NCBI GenBank assembly: GCA_043228905.1 | Contig: JBHGNT010000002.1 | Location: 8,990,001-9,054,000, forward strand | Direction of reading: 5' to 3' | DNA length: 64,000 nucleotides | Origin: Azolla caroliniana | Taxonomy: Eukaryota; Plantae; Polypodiophyta | Shown: one piece after another, positions 1 through 12,431 of the stretch | How positions within the stretch are numbered: position 1 is the first letter of the stretch | Layout: every line of letters starts with the position of its first letter | Program-made: the position numbers and the translations under genes | The notes under the pieces: generated by a model | The model's database searches: none | Seen by the model: only the letters and a program-made list of their open reading frames with translations | What the model was told of the DNA's origin: nothing

Positions 1-2018
1 GTTGTCACGGTATTGATGCCCCTTGACCCATTGGTTCTTCAGTTTCGGCGTCTGCTTTGGTTTCCCTCTCGTCCGCCTAGCCTTCAAATGTTTCGGCTCT
101 CCCGAATCAAACTTCTCGACCGAATTGGTTGTCTCCGATTCATTCCTGCTTTTGTCTGAATTAGATGTCTCCAATTCGTCCTCCTTTAGGCCCTTGACCT
201 GATCTGACCATGTGCTGGTCTTGGTCTTTATCTTCAGGTCGGCTTTGCCCTTCTTAGCTCTGCCACCTACCTTGCCTTTCTCGACTCTACCTCCCCCTTG
301 TTAAGATGGCTCCATCTTTGGCCCGTTCTTTCGGCCACTCCCCCTGCATCTGGCTAGTCTCTGCCTAGCAGATCTTCTTTCATTTGTCCACACATCCTCG
401 GCTTCTCCAGCCGATCGAAACGTTCTAACTTCTTCAGTCATTCCAAAATCGAATTCTTCACCTAATTTGGCTCCTTGGACATCTCTCCCTTTCTCGCCTT
501 TGCTTTGCCTTTAGCTTCTCCCCCTCAAGTTTGGCAAGTCGAGATGTTGCAAACCAAGCATAGTCGAAACTGCAGCAACTTGTCTAGGCCGAGAGGTTTG
601 GTGAAGATATCAACAACTTGCCGATTAGTCGAAACATATACGAGTTCCACTTCACCGGAGAGAACACGATCACGAACAAAATGATAGTGCACCTCAATGT
701 GCTTTGTTTGGGCGTGGAAGATAGGGTTCTTCGCTAATTGGATGCTATTGAGGTTGTCACAGTATATATGACTGTTGGTTCAAACACCTCTACTTGCAGA
801 TCCTTCAATAGCCTTTTGAGTCATATGGCTTTGCATGTCTCGACAACCGTTCCTCGATATTCCGCCTCGGTGCTTGACAATGGCACTCTCGGTTGCTTCT
901 TGTTGCTCCATGCGATCACGACGCTTCCAAGTGCAAACACAAACCCTAATGTTTACCTGCGATCGCTGACATTTCCGGCCCAATCGGCATCCGTGTACCA
1001 GAGAAGCTGTCCGGTTACCCCGGTCTTATACAACAACGCCCTTTCCTTAGTGTTGTTGATATATCTCAGGATCCTTTGTGTGCAGTGAAGGTGTCCAATT
1101 GTCAGCTGCAACATAAACTGATTGATCAAGCCGACTGGATAACTGAGGTCCGGATGAGTGATGGTCAGATATATTACGCTTCTGACTATCTGTCGGAACT
1201 GTGATGGGGCACATGCCTTTCCTGAACCTTGATGAAGCTTGATGTTCCTATCCAGAGGAGTTGCGATGGATTTGCAGTTCATCATTCAGAGCTTGAAGAG
1301 CATACTTTGTAAATAATGTTGTTGGTTGACCAATATGCCTTCTCTAGGGTGCAGATCACTTCGATCCCGAGGAAGTAATGAAGGTCCCCTAGGTTCTTCA
1401 TCTCAAATGATGTCGTTATCTGAGACTTGACTTCGCCGATTTCTTCTAGGTCGGCAAAATGCTTATCGGTCCGGTTCGACTCTATCAAATGAACAATGAA
1501 GATTCTGATTTCGACGGACAAACCCTATCCAACGCAACGGTTACGTGATCTTTGCTTCCAAGCACGTAGGGCTTGCTTAAGTCCATAGAGAGACTTCTTC
1601 AAACGGCAAACTACCGATGTATTCAATTCGGATTGAAATATAGGGGGTTGTACCATGTACACTTGTTCCTCAAGCTCACCTTGTAGGAATGCATTCTTTA
1701 CATCCATCTTATGTAAATACCACTCCTTTGCCAAGTCTACCACTAGCAAGACACAGACGGTCGTCATCTTCACAACCGTCGCAAACATCTCATCATAATC
1801 GATGCCATGTTGCTGCGCATAACCCTTGGCCACCAGTTGGGCCTTGTATTAGTTGATGGAGCCGTCGACATTGTACTTGATCTTGTACACCCACTTGCAT
1901 CCGATCGGTTTCACACCTTTTAGGGCGCCAACCTGGTCGGATGTTTCATTTTCTACCAATGCTCGGATCTCTTCCTCCATGGCGGCATGCCAATTCATGT
2001 CCTTCACTGCCTTCGCAA
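1..2018 (-). mobile_element. Degraded Ty1/Copia (family A, copy A1): RT, RNase H and C-terminal extension; continues at 10726-12340
   Basis: Fragmented ORFs with Copia motifs (KPIGCKWVYKIK, AKGYAQQHGIDYDEMFA, MDVKNAFLQG, YTDADWAG, ..TKHIEVHYHF), many stops and frameshifts. Confidence 0.9.
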
Positions 2019-2497
2019 TGTTGTAAAGATTGTGGTTCTGTGACTCGGGGATGATCATGTGGATGGTGCAATGAAAAGAAAGCGAGAAGACAAGATAGAT
2101 GTGACATTGTCACGAAAAGAATTTTATTTGTAAAAAACCACTTACAATATTTATTTTCCATCTACAGAGGACTCGAACTCACAACCTTTTATCTACGAAG
2201 AGGCGTTTGAGATAAAACACTTCAACTTCTTGCTTTTCTTTCCTTTTATTTGTGTTTTATCTTGGTTTATGAAGGACACCATCTTCTTGGGCGAGCTCTC
2301 CATCCCGCACCCATGTGAGCTTCTTTACTCGTGTTCTCTTCTTGTTCTTCATCCCCCCCCCCCCTTTAGCCACCATGGGTGTGGCTTTTATAGGGGGGTC
2401 AAGCGCCCAACCACCCTCTTGAGGCGGTTGACAAACCACCTCATGGAGGGGCGGTTATTTCTTTATTTTTAATTAATTAATTAATTAATTTAGTTAT

Positions 2498-2942
2498 CGT
2501 GAATGTTAATGTGTGGAAGCGTTAGACAGAACCGGCTCAGCCGGATAGCAACAGAAAATGAGATGAAGGTCTAATGGAAAAGCTTAAAACATAGAGGAGA
2601 CAGAGAGAGCAGAACATAAAACCATATTCAAAAATTAACTCTAAAACTCTGTACATACAACGTGATAAACAACACTATTTATACAAGTCCATAAAGGACT
2701 GACAGAAGTATTGACATGTACTTCAATGCTCACACGTGCGACTGACACTAACTACAAGACAATGATTACCTAGTAGTCTAGGCTACTACTAGGCTTCCGG
2801 TTCCCGCTCGAATCTGGCTCTCCGATCCGGCTGGTTGTTTCCGGATACCATCTGGATACCGATCCGGCTCATCCTTCCGAATGCCAATCCAGCTCAGGCT
2901 TATTCAACCGATCCGGATCTGGTTGACCTTGATCGCTCAACA
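2498..2942 (-). repeat. 3' LTR of Copia A2
   Basis: Direct repeat of 10015-10459, adjacent to the PPT. Confidence 0.93.
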
Positions 2943-3047
2943 CTCCCCCTCAAGCTCAACTTGAGGTCGGATCGTGGTGTTAGTGTCCGCGGCAGCCGGT
3001 TCTTCTACCCAGCTCCTTCGGGCGTTGCTCCGCCTCACTTGTGTTCC

Positions 3048-5118
3048 TCATCCGGTCCGGTCTTGTTTGCCGCGACCCTTCTTGTTCTGCACACCTCGAC
3101 TTCCTCGGTCAGCTTGTCTGCTCAACAGGCTCATTTCAGCGCCCTCGCTATTGCGACTCCGGTGCTTGTCGACCCGTCGGTTCCTTTGTGTTGGTGTCGA
3201 CTTCCGCTGCGTCCGTGTCCGCTTGGCCTTTAGTTGATCCGGCTTCTCCAAATCTTGAACCGAATCAGTTTCCTTCGATTTGTTCCAGCTCTTGTCTGAG
3301 TCGGTGTTCTCCAACTCATCTTCCGGTTTCAAGCCCTTCACCACACCGGACCACGTCTGGGTCTTGGCCGTTTTCTTCCGGTCGGCTCTGTCCTTCTTGA
3401 GTCTCCCACTGCCGCCACTTGTTCTGACCTTTTCGAATGTGTCGACTCCTTCGGTCGGCTTGGCTTCCTTTTTCCTCTTGTCTCCCCCTTTGTTGGTTCT
3501 TTCTTCCTCTTCGGTTCCTTGTCTGGTGCCATCCGTTCCCTTTCCTTTTCTCCCCCTCAAGTGTGGCATATCGAGATGCTGAACACCAAGCATTTCGGTG
3601 AAGTGCTGCAACTTGTCCGATCCAAGCGGTTTGGTGAAGATATCGGAAATTTGCCGATCTGTCTAAACATACCAAAGTTCTACTTCACCGCTCAAAACCC
3701 GCTCATGCAAAAAGTGATAGTGGACTTCTATGTGCTTCGTCCGAGCATGGAACATGGGGTTCTTGGTGAGTTGAATGCTGCTGTCACAGTAGGGCAGGAT
3801 CGGGGTCGAGACCTTAAACCGCAGGTCTTGTAGCAGTTGCCAAAGCCAGATGGCTTCACAAGTGGCATTGGTAGCGCCCTGGTATTCAGCCTCAGTGCTC
3901 GATAGAGCCACCATTGGTTGCTTTTTGCTACTCCACGCAACAACCGCGCTACCCAAAGAAAACATGTAACCGGAGGTGGATCGGTGATCCGATGCATCAT
4001 TGGCCCAGTCGGCATCTGTATATCTGACTAGTTCTACGGTTATACCATGCTGGTATAACAATCCCCGGTCCTTCGTGCCACTCACATACCAGAGTATCCG
4101 GTGTGTGCATTGAAGGTGCTCGACGGTCGGCTTCTGCATGAACTGGCTGATCACTCCGACCGGGTAATTGAGGTCGGGTCAAGTGATCGTCAAGTATATC
4201 AGGCTTCCGATGATTTGTTGGAGCCATTTCTCATCGCAGGCCGGTCTGGAGTTGGGACAGAGCTTCTGGTTCCGGTCCAAGGGTGTGGAGATAGGTCGGC
4301 ACTCCGTCATACCGAACTTGTACATCATATTCAACACATAGTGTCGTTGTGAGAGCAATATGCCGTCGGGGGTTCGGATAACCTCGATCCTGAGAAAATA
4401 ATGAAGGTCCCCCAGGTCCTTCATTTTAAATGCGTCTGACAGCCAGGACTTTACTTGGCCGATTTCATTGAGTCTGGGTCTGGTGATGACTAAATCATCA
4501 ACATAAAGTAGGATGCAAAACGGACCGTCCGGACCTTGCTGGATGAACAATGACGAGTCGGATTTAGAGGTCACAAACCCCATCTTACGCAACGGGTGTG
4601 TGATCTTCGCATTCCAAGCTCGGGGGGCTTGTTTCAGACCGTAAAGTGACTTCTTGAGCCGGCACACCGCCGACTTGTTCATCTCCGACTAAAAAAAGGG
4701 AGGTTGGATCATATAGACCTGTTCTTCTAGGTCACCTTGAAGAAACACATTCTTCACGTCCATCTGGTGAAGATGCCACCCCCTTACCGCAACAACCGCC
4801 AGTTCCACACGAACCATCGTCCTTTGCGTCCTTTGCCGCCTCTACGTAGCTCTCTAGCTCACGCACTTCTGCCACCTTAGTCATGAACGCATAATGATGC
4901 GCCATGTACTCATTGTACCCGTACCGTGTAACAGGGTTCTTCAGGCAGGAAGAACGACATAACTTGGTATTACCCGGTTTGGGGCCCTTCTTGGCCAGGT
5001 CAGACTTCGTTCCCGAAGATCTACCTTCATCCTTTCCGGAGTCGGATTCGCTCTGATCCGACTCAACGTTGCTGGTTTCGTATTCCGACATCTTCTTCTT
5101 CCCCTTCTCTTTGCGTGT
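3048..5118 (-). pseudogene. pol: Copia A2 pol, RT-RNase H part with C-terminal extension (disrupted)
   Basis: [58 protein letters not shown] split across frames. Confidence 0.9.
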
Positions 5119-5234
5119 TGTTGTAGTGTGAATCACACACTACGTGGAATATGTAAAATACTATATCCGATTTAAAGTACGTATAATAAAATAAAATAAA
5201 ATATTAAAAAAATATTTATTACGTGCATAAAGCA

Positions 5235-5288
5235 GGATTCAAACCTTGTACCTCCACATAGACAAACCCCAACCTCACCATTGTACTA
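5235..5288 (-). promoter_or_regulatory. tRNA-like Pol III A/B-box cassette in LTR U3 (copy in the other LTR at 6738-6791)
   Basis: A box TAGTACAATGG, 32-nt spacer ending GGAGGTACAA, B box GGTTTGAATCC. Confidence 0.7.
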
Positions 5289-5905
5289 ACTTATCTTTAG
5301 TGTTTTAAGTATAGATTTAATACCTATAAGACCTTTATTAAAAAAGTAAGTCATGCATTTTTAGAGTGCGTGAATACTTTATTTATAAGAAAATGTAAAC
5401 CAATAAAATATTACTCGTGCACATCTAGCGAGCATGAGCACTATATTTAGGAAATAAAAGCATAGTGTAAAAAGCAACTCATGCACATTTAGTGTGCATG
5501 AACACTTTAGAAAAAGCATAGAGTCTATCTATAGAAAAAACATGGATTGTTAAGACTCTCTCATCACTATATAAGGATGAGGAGCACAATGTAATAGGTG
5601 TGTGAAATATTTGGAAATTGGATATATTTCTAAAAGACACAAAATAATCTATACTTGTGGGATTCATAAGTTCTTTTTAATCTCTTTCTTTAAATCTAAA
5701 TACATATTCTTATCTAAATATTGATTAATCGAATACAATACACTTGTGGGATTCATGATATTTCTATCTCACTTTCTAATAATCTATCCATAACTATAAA
5801 CTTGTCTTAAATTCTTCCTCTTCCTAGTCCAAACCCCCAACGGTTCCCACCCGACTCACGCAACGATTTGGTGCCGAAAGGCACGACACAGTTGGTGAAC
5901 CCGAT

Positions 5906-6679
5906 GTGAAGATGGGTGGCAAGGAGATGGAGAATCAACAAGAGGCGATGTGCATGATGACAATGATGCTTAACCGCATACTACAAGAACAACGCTTGAT
6001 GTCGGAGATCAAATCGGAAGTAGAGCGGCTTGTGCAAAGAAACGGGCAATGCAACAGAAAAGATGTGTCACGTTATCTATGTGACTACAAGGCGGCGATG
6101 ATGCGACATGGGATACCGGAAGGATTGTAAGTGATATCCTTCAGTCAGGTGGCCACGGATGAGCTACAAGAGAGAATCCACAAGATACGGCAACAAAATC
6201 CTCATGGGGGTCCTTTGAAGAAGCTTTACGAGAGGCATATGACTATGAGAGATCGACACGAGTTCGACAAGTGGGTAGCATCGACAAAGACTCACCAATC
6301 TGCGACACTAGCATTCTTAGAGTTTGAGTATCGTTTTGCTCAACTCTCTGAGCGGGAACAAAGATCGGTGGGGGTGGATAAAGTCCTAATGTTCGTAAGA
6401 TCAATCAATCGAAAAGAAAGGATGGAAATCGGGATCGAACTCGAAGATAATGACGGTGCAAATGGCCTTACCGAGGATTGGGTTGAAGTGGAAACCAAGC
6501 GGAGCCGGCAACCAAGCACGACCGGCGACGAAACCAACCGAGCGGAGACCGAACGGACGAGACTAACAATCACCGATAACTTCGGCACATACCGGAGGAT
6601 GTGCGGGTTCGGAGGGGGCGAGTATCGTAGTGTGAATCACACACTACGTGAAATATGTAAAATACTATATCTGATTTAA
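5906..6679 (+). pseudogene. gag: Gag-like ORF of the non-autonomous element (stop and frameshifts, shorter than the 53523-55625 ORF)
   Basis: Aligns with 53523-55646 and with the Gag at 22326-23510 (DVSRYL, ISFSQVATDELQERI, DKVLMFV, GLTEDW); runs through the PPT into the 3' LTR. Confidence 0.8.
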
Positions 6680-7433
6680 AGTACGTATAATAAATAAAAT
6701 AAAATATTAAAAAAGTATTTATTACATGCATAGGGCAAGATTCAAACCTTGTAGCTCCACGTAGACAAACCCCAACCTTACCATTGTACTAACTTATCCT
6801 TAGTGTTTTAAATATAGATTTAATACCTATAAGACCTTTATTTACGCCTACCTTTATTAAAAAGGTAAGTCATGCATTTTTAGACTGTGTGAATACTTTA
6901 TTTATAAGAAAAATGTAAACCAATAAAATATTACTCGTGCACATCTAGCGAGCATGAGCACTATATTTAGGAAATAAAAGCATAGTGTAAAAAGCAACTC
7001 ATGCACATTTAGTGTGCATGAACACTTTAGAAAAAGCATAGAGTCTATCTATAGAAAAAACATGGATTGTTAAGACTCTCTCATCACTATATAAGGATGA
7101 GGAGCACAATGTAATAGGTGTGTGAAATATTTGGAAATTGGATATATTTCTAAAAGACACCAATTAATATATGCGTGGGATTCACGAAATAATCTATACT
7201 TGTGGGATTCACAAGTTCTTTTTAATCTCTTTCTTTCAATCTAAATACATATTCTTATCTAAATATTGATTAATCGAATACAATACACTTGTGGGATTCA
7301 TGAGATTTCTATCTCTCTTTCTAATAGTCTATCCATAACTATAAACTTGTCTCAAATTCTTCCTCTTCCTAGTCCAAAACCCCAGTGGTTCCCACCCGAG
7401 TCACGCAACAATCTGGCGCCGAAAGGCACGACA

Positions 7434-9908
7434 GCGTGAGCCGTCTCCTCGGTTCCTTGTGTGAGGAGAGCATTGAAGAGTCTCCACTACTCGCCGGTTC
7501 CTCATCCGACTGGTCATCCCGACTCAGTCGCTCATTCGATCCACTTAGTTGGAATGAGATCAAACTCTCTTTCTAGAATGACGAAGTCTTCATCTCCTAC
7601 CTTGACCTCCTCGGGCTCACTAGCCTCATCTTCCGGAATCGGGTCTTCGTCAGGAGTTGGAGTCAGTAAGGTGTACCATGATGCCGTCTCATCCAACTCG
7701 ACATCTCGGCTTACTCATACCTACTTAGTCCGGGGGTTATAACACTTATACCCCTTTTGCTAATGTGAGTAACCGACTAGAATGCACTTCTTCGACTTCG
7801 GATCCAGCTTCTTCTGCTTCTCATCCGGTACATGCACATATGCTATGCTACCGAATATCCGAAGGTGTCTCAAATTCGGCTTTCGCACAAAATACAACTC
7901 ATGTGCTGACACCTTGTCACTGATCCGGATTTGGATGTAGACGGTCGTTTGGACCACCTCGGCCCAGTAGAAATGAGGCATGCTCTTCTCCTCTAACATT
8001 GCCCTTGTTGCGTCGACAATCGACCAATTCTTCCTTTCGGCCACACCGTTTTGCTCTGGTGTGTACTTGCAGCTAAATTCTCTCCGAATTCCGTTCTACT
8101 GCACATAACTGTCAAATTGGCCAGAAAAGTATTCTTTCTCGTCATCCGACCACAGGCACTTCATCTTCCTCTCCGTTTCTTGTTCAACCAAGCTTTGAAG
8201 TTTCCGGAAACACTCGAAGACCTCGCTCTTCCTCTCGATGAGGTAGATCCATGTGTGCCGGCTGTAGTCGTCAATGAAGGAGACGAAATACCGACTCCCG
8301 CCAAGACTAACATTTTGTGCCGGTCTCCATACATCCAAATGGATTAAATCCCGAGTTGTTTCGATCGGTGGGTAATGGAAGCCGATGTTGCTTCTCGAGT
8401 TGGCAGGCTTCACAAATTTTGGCCTTCCGACCGCTAAATTTTGGCAAACCGAAAACGGCTTGTTTCAATAGGAGATCTTGAAGCCTCCGATAATTGACAT
8501 GGCCGATCTGCTTGTGCCACAGGTCGATGTCCGATTCGACCTTTTGCCCTTTTGCAAAGATAGCGGTAACAACATCATTAGTGTTGGGGATGAACATCCT
8601 CTCGTCTCTACGTCCTTGCGCAATTATCCGGACCTCTTCCTCGATGAAGCACCCTAGGTGCGTAAACTGCACTTGGATCCCCTGTTCGACGATTTGCCCA
8701 ACAGACACCAGGTCTTTGTGATAGTCGGAACGTGTAGTACATTCATTAGCTTCCCCTTTTGTCTGACATGGCTTAAAGGAACTTCTTCGACATGCACAAT
8801 CGGGTGAGGGGTGTCGTCTCCGGTTTCGACAATCCCCGATTGTTCCGGACGGTTTCTCCAAAAAAGAGAACCAGTCTTCATGACTCGTCATGTGGTTCGA
8901 CGCTCCGGAATCAACGTCCCATACTTCCTCCGATCTAGAAGTAGTCTTCTTAATCGAGTTAGCCTTGTGCTTCATCACGAAGGCCCTTTACCGGTTTTCC
9001 CGGTTCCAGATCCTTCCGATCCTTCCGCGTAGTGCGAGCTTTGCCGGTTCTCCCAACCGGTTTTGCCGGATCTAGATTTGTCCGAATCGGCGCGCTTCTT
9101 CCAGCACTCGCTTTCTGTGTGGCCCTTTTATCCATAGTACCAGCATTCCGTGTCAGCCTTTCCTTCCCGGTTCCCGGTGCCGCTTTGACTCCCCCTGCAA
9201 CTACTGTCGGCACAACCTCTGTGCCTCTGGTCCTACTCTTGTCGGCCGCCTCCATTGCGTGCCGACCCACCTCGTCCACCACGTCCATGGGGCCGATCTA
9301 TCTTTGTGTCCATCAATCCAGCCGTCTGATTGAGTGGTCCTTGACCCACTCGTGTGGTTTTCTTCGACCATCAACATCGATTGCAAGTCGAAGAAGGACG
9401 GTGGTTTCTCTCGGGTGTAGATCACTGCCCGGATTGGCCCGTACCTTTGTGCTAGACCACCGAAGCAGATTTGTACCATCTCGTCTTCGTCCACCATCAT
9501 GTTGATGGACCTGAGTGCATCGCAAATCTCCTTTATCTTGGTGGTGTAGTCCATAACCGACATGTCTCTTTGCCGGATGTTGTTCAGCTCTTGCCAGAGC
9601 TGCAACTTACAAGTTGTGGTACCTGCAGCAAAAATCTTCCGTAGATTTTCCCAAGCCTCCTTCGGCATCTTTGCATCCTTGATGTAGTTGAGCATTTGAT
9701 CATGCACACCGGACGCAAGACAATACAGTACCCGACTCGCTCCTTGCTCCCATACTGGGAAGTCTTTGTTTGATGGATCCGGTGCTACTTCATTTGTTCC
9801 TTCCACGAAGCTCCAATATCCATGCCCCAACAAGTACTGGTGCATTTTATATGACCAAGACGCATAGTTGCTCTGGTCGAGCTTCTCTGTTGAAAGTGAA
9901 CTCGCCAT
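7434..9908 (-). pseudogene. gag-pol: Copia A2 gag-protease-integrase (disrupted)
   Basis: KLDQSNYASWS gag start, WDVDSGASNHMT protease, LWHKQIGH...CEAC, FIDDYSR, AERKN integrase. Confidence 0.9.
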
Positions 9909-10014
9909 TCCTCTTTCTATATTTTCTCTCTATTTGTTGTTATCGGGTTCTAGGGTTCGTCTACGGAAGCAAATGTCGGCTGCAAAGGTTCTCAACCCTC
10001 GTGCTCTGAGACCA

Positions 10015-10459
10015 TGTGAATGTTAATGTGCGGAAGCGTCAGACAGAACCGGCTCAGCCGGATAGCAATAGAAAATGAGATGAAGGTTAAATGGAAAAGC
10101 TTAAAACACAGAGGAGACAGAGAGAGCAAAACATAAAACTATATTCAAAAACTAACTCTAAAACTTTGTACATACAACATGCTAAACAACACTATTTATA
10201 CATGTCCATAAAGGACTGACAGAAGTACTCACAGGTACTTCAATGCTCACACGTGTGACTGACACTAACTGCGAGACAATGATTACCTAGTAGTCTAGGC
10301 TACTACTAGGCTTCCGATTCCTGCTTGAATCCGGCTCTCCGATCCGGCCGGTTGTTTCCGGATACCATCCAGATATCGATTCGGCTCATCCTTTCGGATG
10401 CCGATCCGGCTTAGGCTTATTCAGCTGATCCAGATCCAGTTGAGCTTGCTCGCTCGACA
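10015..10459 (-). repeat. 5' LTR of Copia A2
   Basis: TG...CA termini, followed on the minus strand by the PBS. Confidence 0.93.
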
Positions 10460-10725
10460 GTTATTTATTTACAAATTCTATTTTACACTTTTACAGTCTA
10501 GAAATTACAAAATCATCCTCATTTAATTTTGAACTCTTCCATTTGATATAATTATAGTTTTGTCCCGACTGATCTTGAAGGTAACATTGACCCTTCTGGA
10601 AGCTATATCTTGGGCTTCTGAACTCTTGTTCACGAATCGAAAAATTGTACATGTTCAAGATGGGAAATGTCTTTCTATATATTTTTAACATTGTTTTGAT
10701 ATCGTGAAGCCCGAACTTCATGACA

Positions 10726-12340
10726 ACGCAACTCTCCGACACACGCACTTCCGCCACCCTTGCTATATACACATAATAAAGTGCCATATACTTGTTGTAT
10801 CTAAATACCAAATTATTGGATTTTTCTGGAGGATTGATTGTTGCAACCTCTGGTTTGTTGAGTTCAAGGCCCGCTTGGCCGACTCTGACCTCATTTCTGG
10901 AGGTCCATCTTCGATGCAACTAGCCACATCCGATTCAATCCAGTCCAACATACCGGCCTTTGTGCCGTACTTGGACATCTTCATCTTCCCCTTCTCCTTG
11001 TGTGTAAATTGTCTCGTCAGTTTCTAGCACGGGGAGTACACAACCGAGTCTCCACAATTGACTCCTCATTTGACTTGTCGTTTCGACTCAGTCCTTCTTC
11101 CGGTCCACTTACCCGGAATGAGATCGGTCTCTCTTCCAGAACTCCAATTTCTCCCTCATTTAGAGAGTTGGCCTCACTGGCCTCATCCTCAGAATCTAGA
11201 ATGGAGTTGCTCGAGGTTGGAGATGGAGGCAAGTACCACGAAGGCGATTCGTTGAATATGACATCTCCACTGACTTGGACCTGTTTTGGTCGGGGGTTAT
11301 AACACTTATAACCCTTCTACTCATGCGAGTAACCGACCAAGATACACTTCTTGGCTTTGGAGTCTAACTTCCACCGCTTCTCCTTCGGTACATGCACATA
11401 TGCTATGCTGATAAACACCCTCAATTGTCCCAAGTCCAGCTTCTTTCCGAAGTACATCTTGTGTGGTGACTCTTTGCTTCCAGTTGCAAATGTCCGATTG
11501 TACAGGTAAATAGTTGTCCTGACCACTCCGGCCCAGTAGAACTTCAACATATGCTTCTCCTCAAGAATTGCTTGTGCCGCTTACTCTATCATCTGATTCT
11601 TTTGCTCGGCCACACTGTTCTGCTCCAATGTGTATTTGCAAGAGAACTCTCTTCGGATTACCTCCTTTTGCAAATACTCTTTTCCGCCATCGGACCTCAG
11701 GCACTTGATCTTTCACCATGTCTCCCAATTGACAAGGCTCTACACCTTCAAGAAATAGTAGAAGACTTCGTTCTTCTTCGCGATCAAGCATGCCCAGGTG
11801 TGTTGACTGTAGTCATCAATGAAGGGTACAAAGTAACAAGTTCCACCCACCGATACTCACGTTCTGCGTTGGCCCCTACTCATCTGAATGGATTAAATCG
11901 AGCTTGTTACGGCTCCGATTTTCCTCATTGGAGAATGGAAGTTAATGCTGCTTCCCTAACTGACAGGCTTCGTAGACTTGGTCTTGGACCTTCTAGCCAC
12001 TGAATTTCGGCAAGTCAAAAACAATGTTTTTCATCTATATCTTGAAGTCGCGAGAAGTTGACGTGACCGAACTGCTTGTGCCACAGGTCGATGTCTGATT
12101 TGACCTTTTTCCCTTTGGAAAACATAGCGGTGTTGACATCATTCATCTCAAGGATGAACATCCTCCCTTCTTGGTGCCCTTGTGCAATGATCTAGCCTTC
12201 TTCCTCTATGAAGCATCCGAGGTGAGTAAATCGAACTTGCATGCCCGGGTCAAGAATTTGGTCGACTGACAACAAGTTCTTGGTGATTGTCGGCACATGC
12301 AAGACATTTCTTATGATTCCTCTCTAACCGACATGGCTCA
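10726..12340 (-). pseudogene. pol: Copia A1 integrase region (continuation of 1-2018)
   Basis: AYVHVPKEKRWKLDSKAKKCILVGYS and other decayed integrase motifs homologous to copy A2. Confidence 0.85.
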
Positions 12341-12431
12341 TGTCAGGAATAGTACCAAAGACGGAGAGGGAATTAGCACTAGAGGTAGAGGAGGATGAGT
12401 ACTATGAGACTTACTTAAGAGGAAAAGATGG
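12341..12431 (-). repeat. First piece of the 3' LTR of an old Tcn1-like chromovirus (rest at 29193-29561)
   Basis: Starts TGTCAGGAATAGTAC like LTR 37521; interrupted by a LINE with TSD AGATGG. Confidence 0.75.

Larger units (their letters stand above)
5119..7433 (+). mobile_element. Non-autonomous gag-only LTR element (TR-GAG-like), tRNA-Trp PBS, degraded
   Basis: LTRs 5119-5888 and 6623-7433; PBS TGGTGAACCCGATGTGA 5893-5909; PPT GGAGGGGGCGAG 6611-6622; 4-bp TSD GTGT/GCGT (CpG decay); disrupted Gag-like ORF; no pol. Confidence 0.9.
2498..10459 (-). mobile_element. Full-length degraded Ty1/Copia (family A, copy A2)
   Basis: 445-bp LTRs 2498-2942 and 10015-10459; 5-bp TSD GTTAT (2493-2497, 10460-10464); PBS TGGTCTCAGAGC (near tRNA-iMet) at 10003-10014; PPT 2943-2953; gag-PR-IN-RT-RH order. 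Confidence 0.95.
2019..10725 (-). repeat. Old solo LTR related to the Trp-primed Gypsy LTR, split by Copia A2 (pieces 2019-2497 and 10460-10725)
   Basis: Termini TGTTGTAAAG...CTTCATGACA (CpG-decayed TGTCGTGAAG...CTTCACGACA). The end ATCGTGAAG-N-CTTCATGACA matches the end of LTR 17036-17951. Removing it plus 4 bp restores the Copia A1 frame (ESC-AK). Confidence 0.7.
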
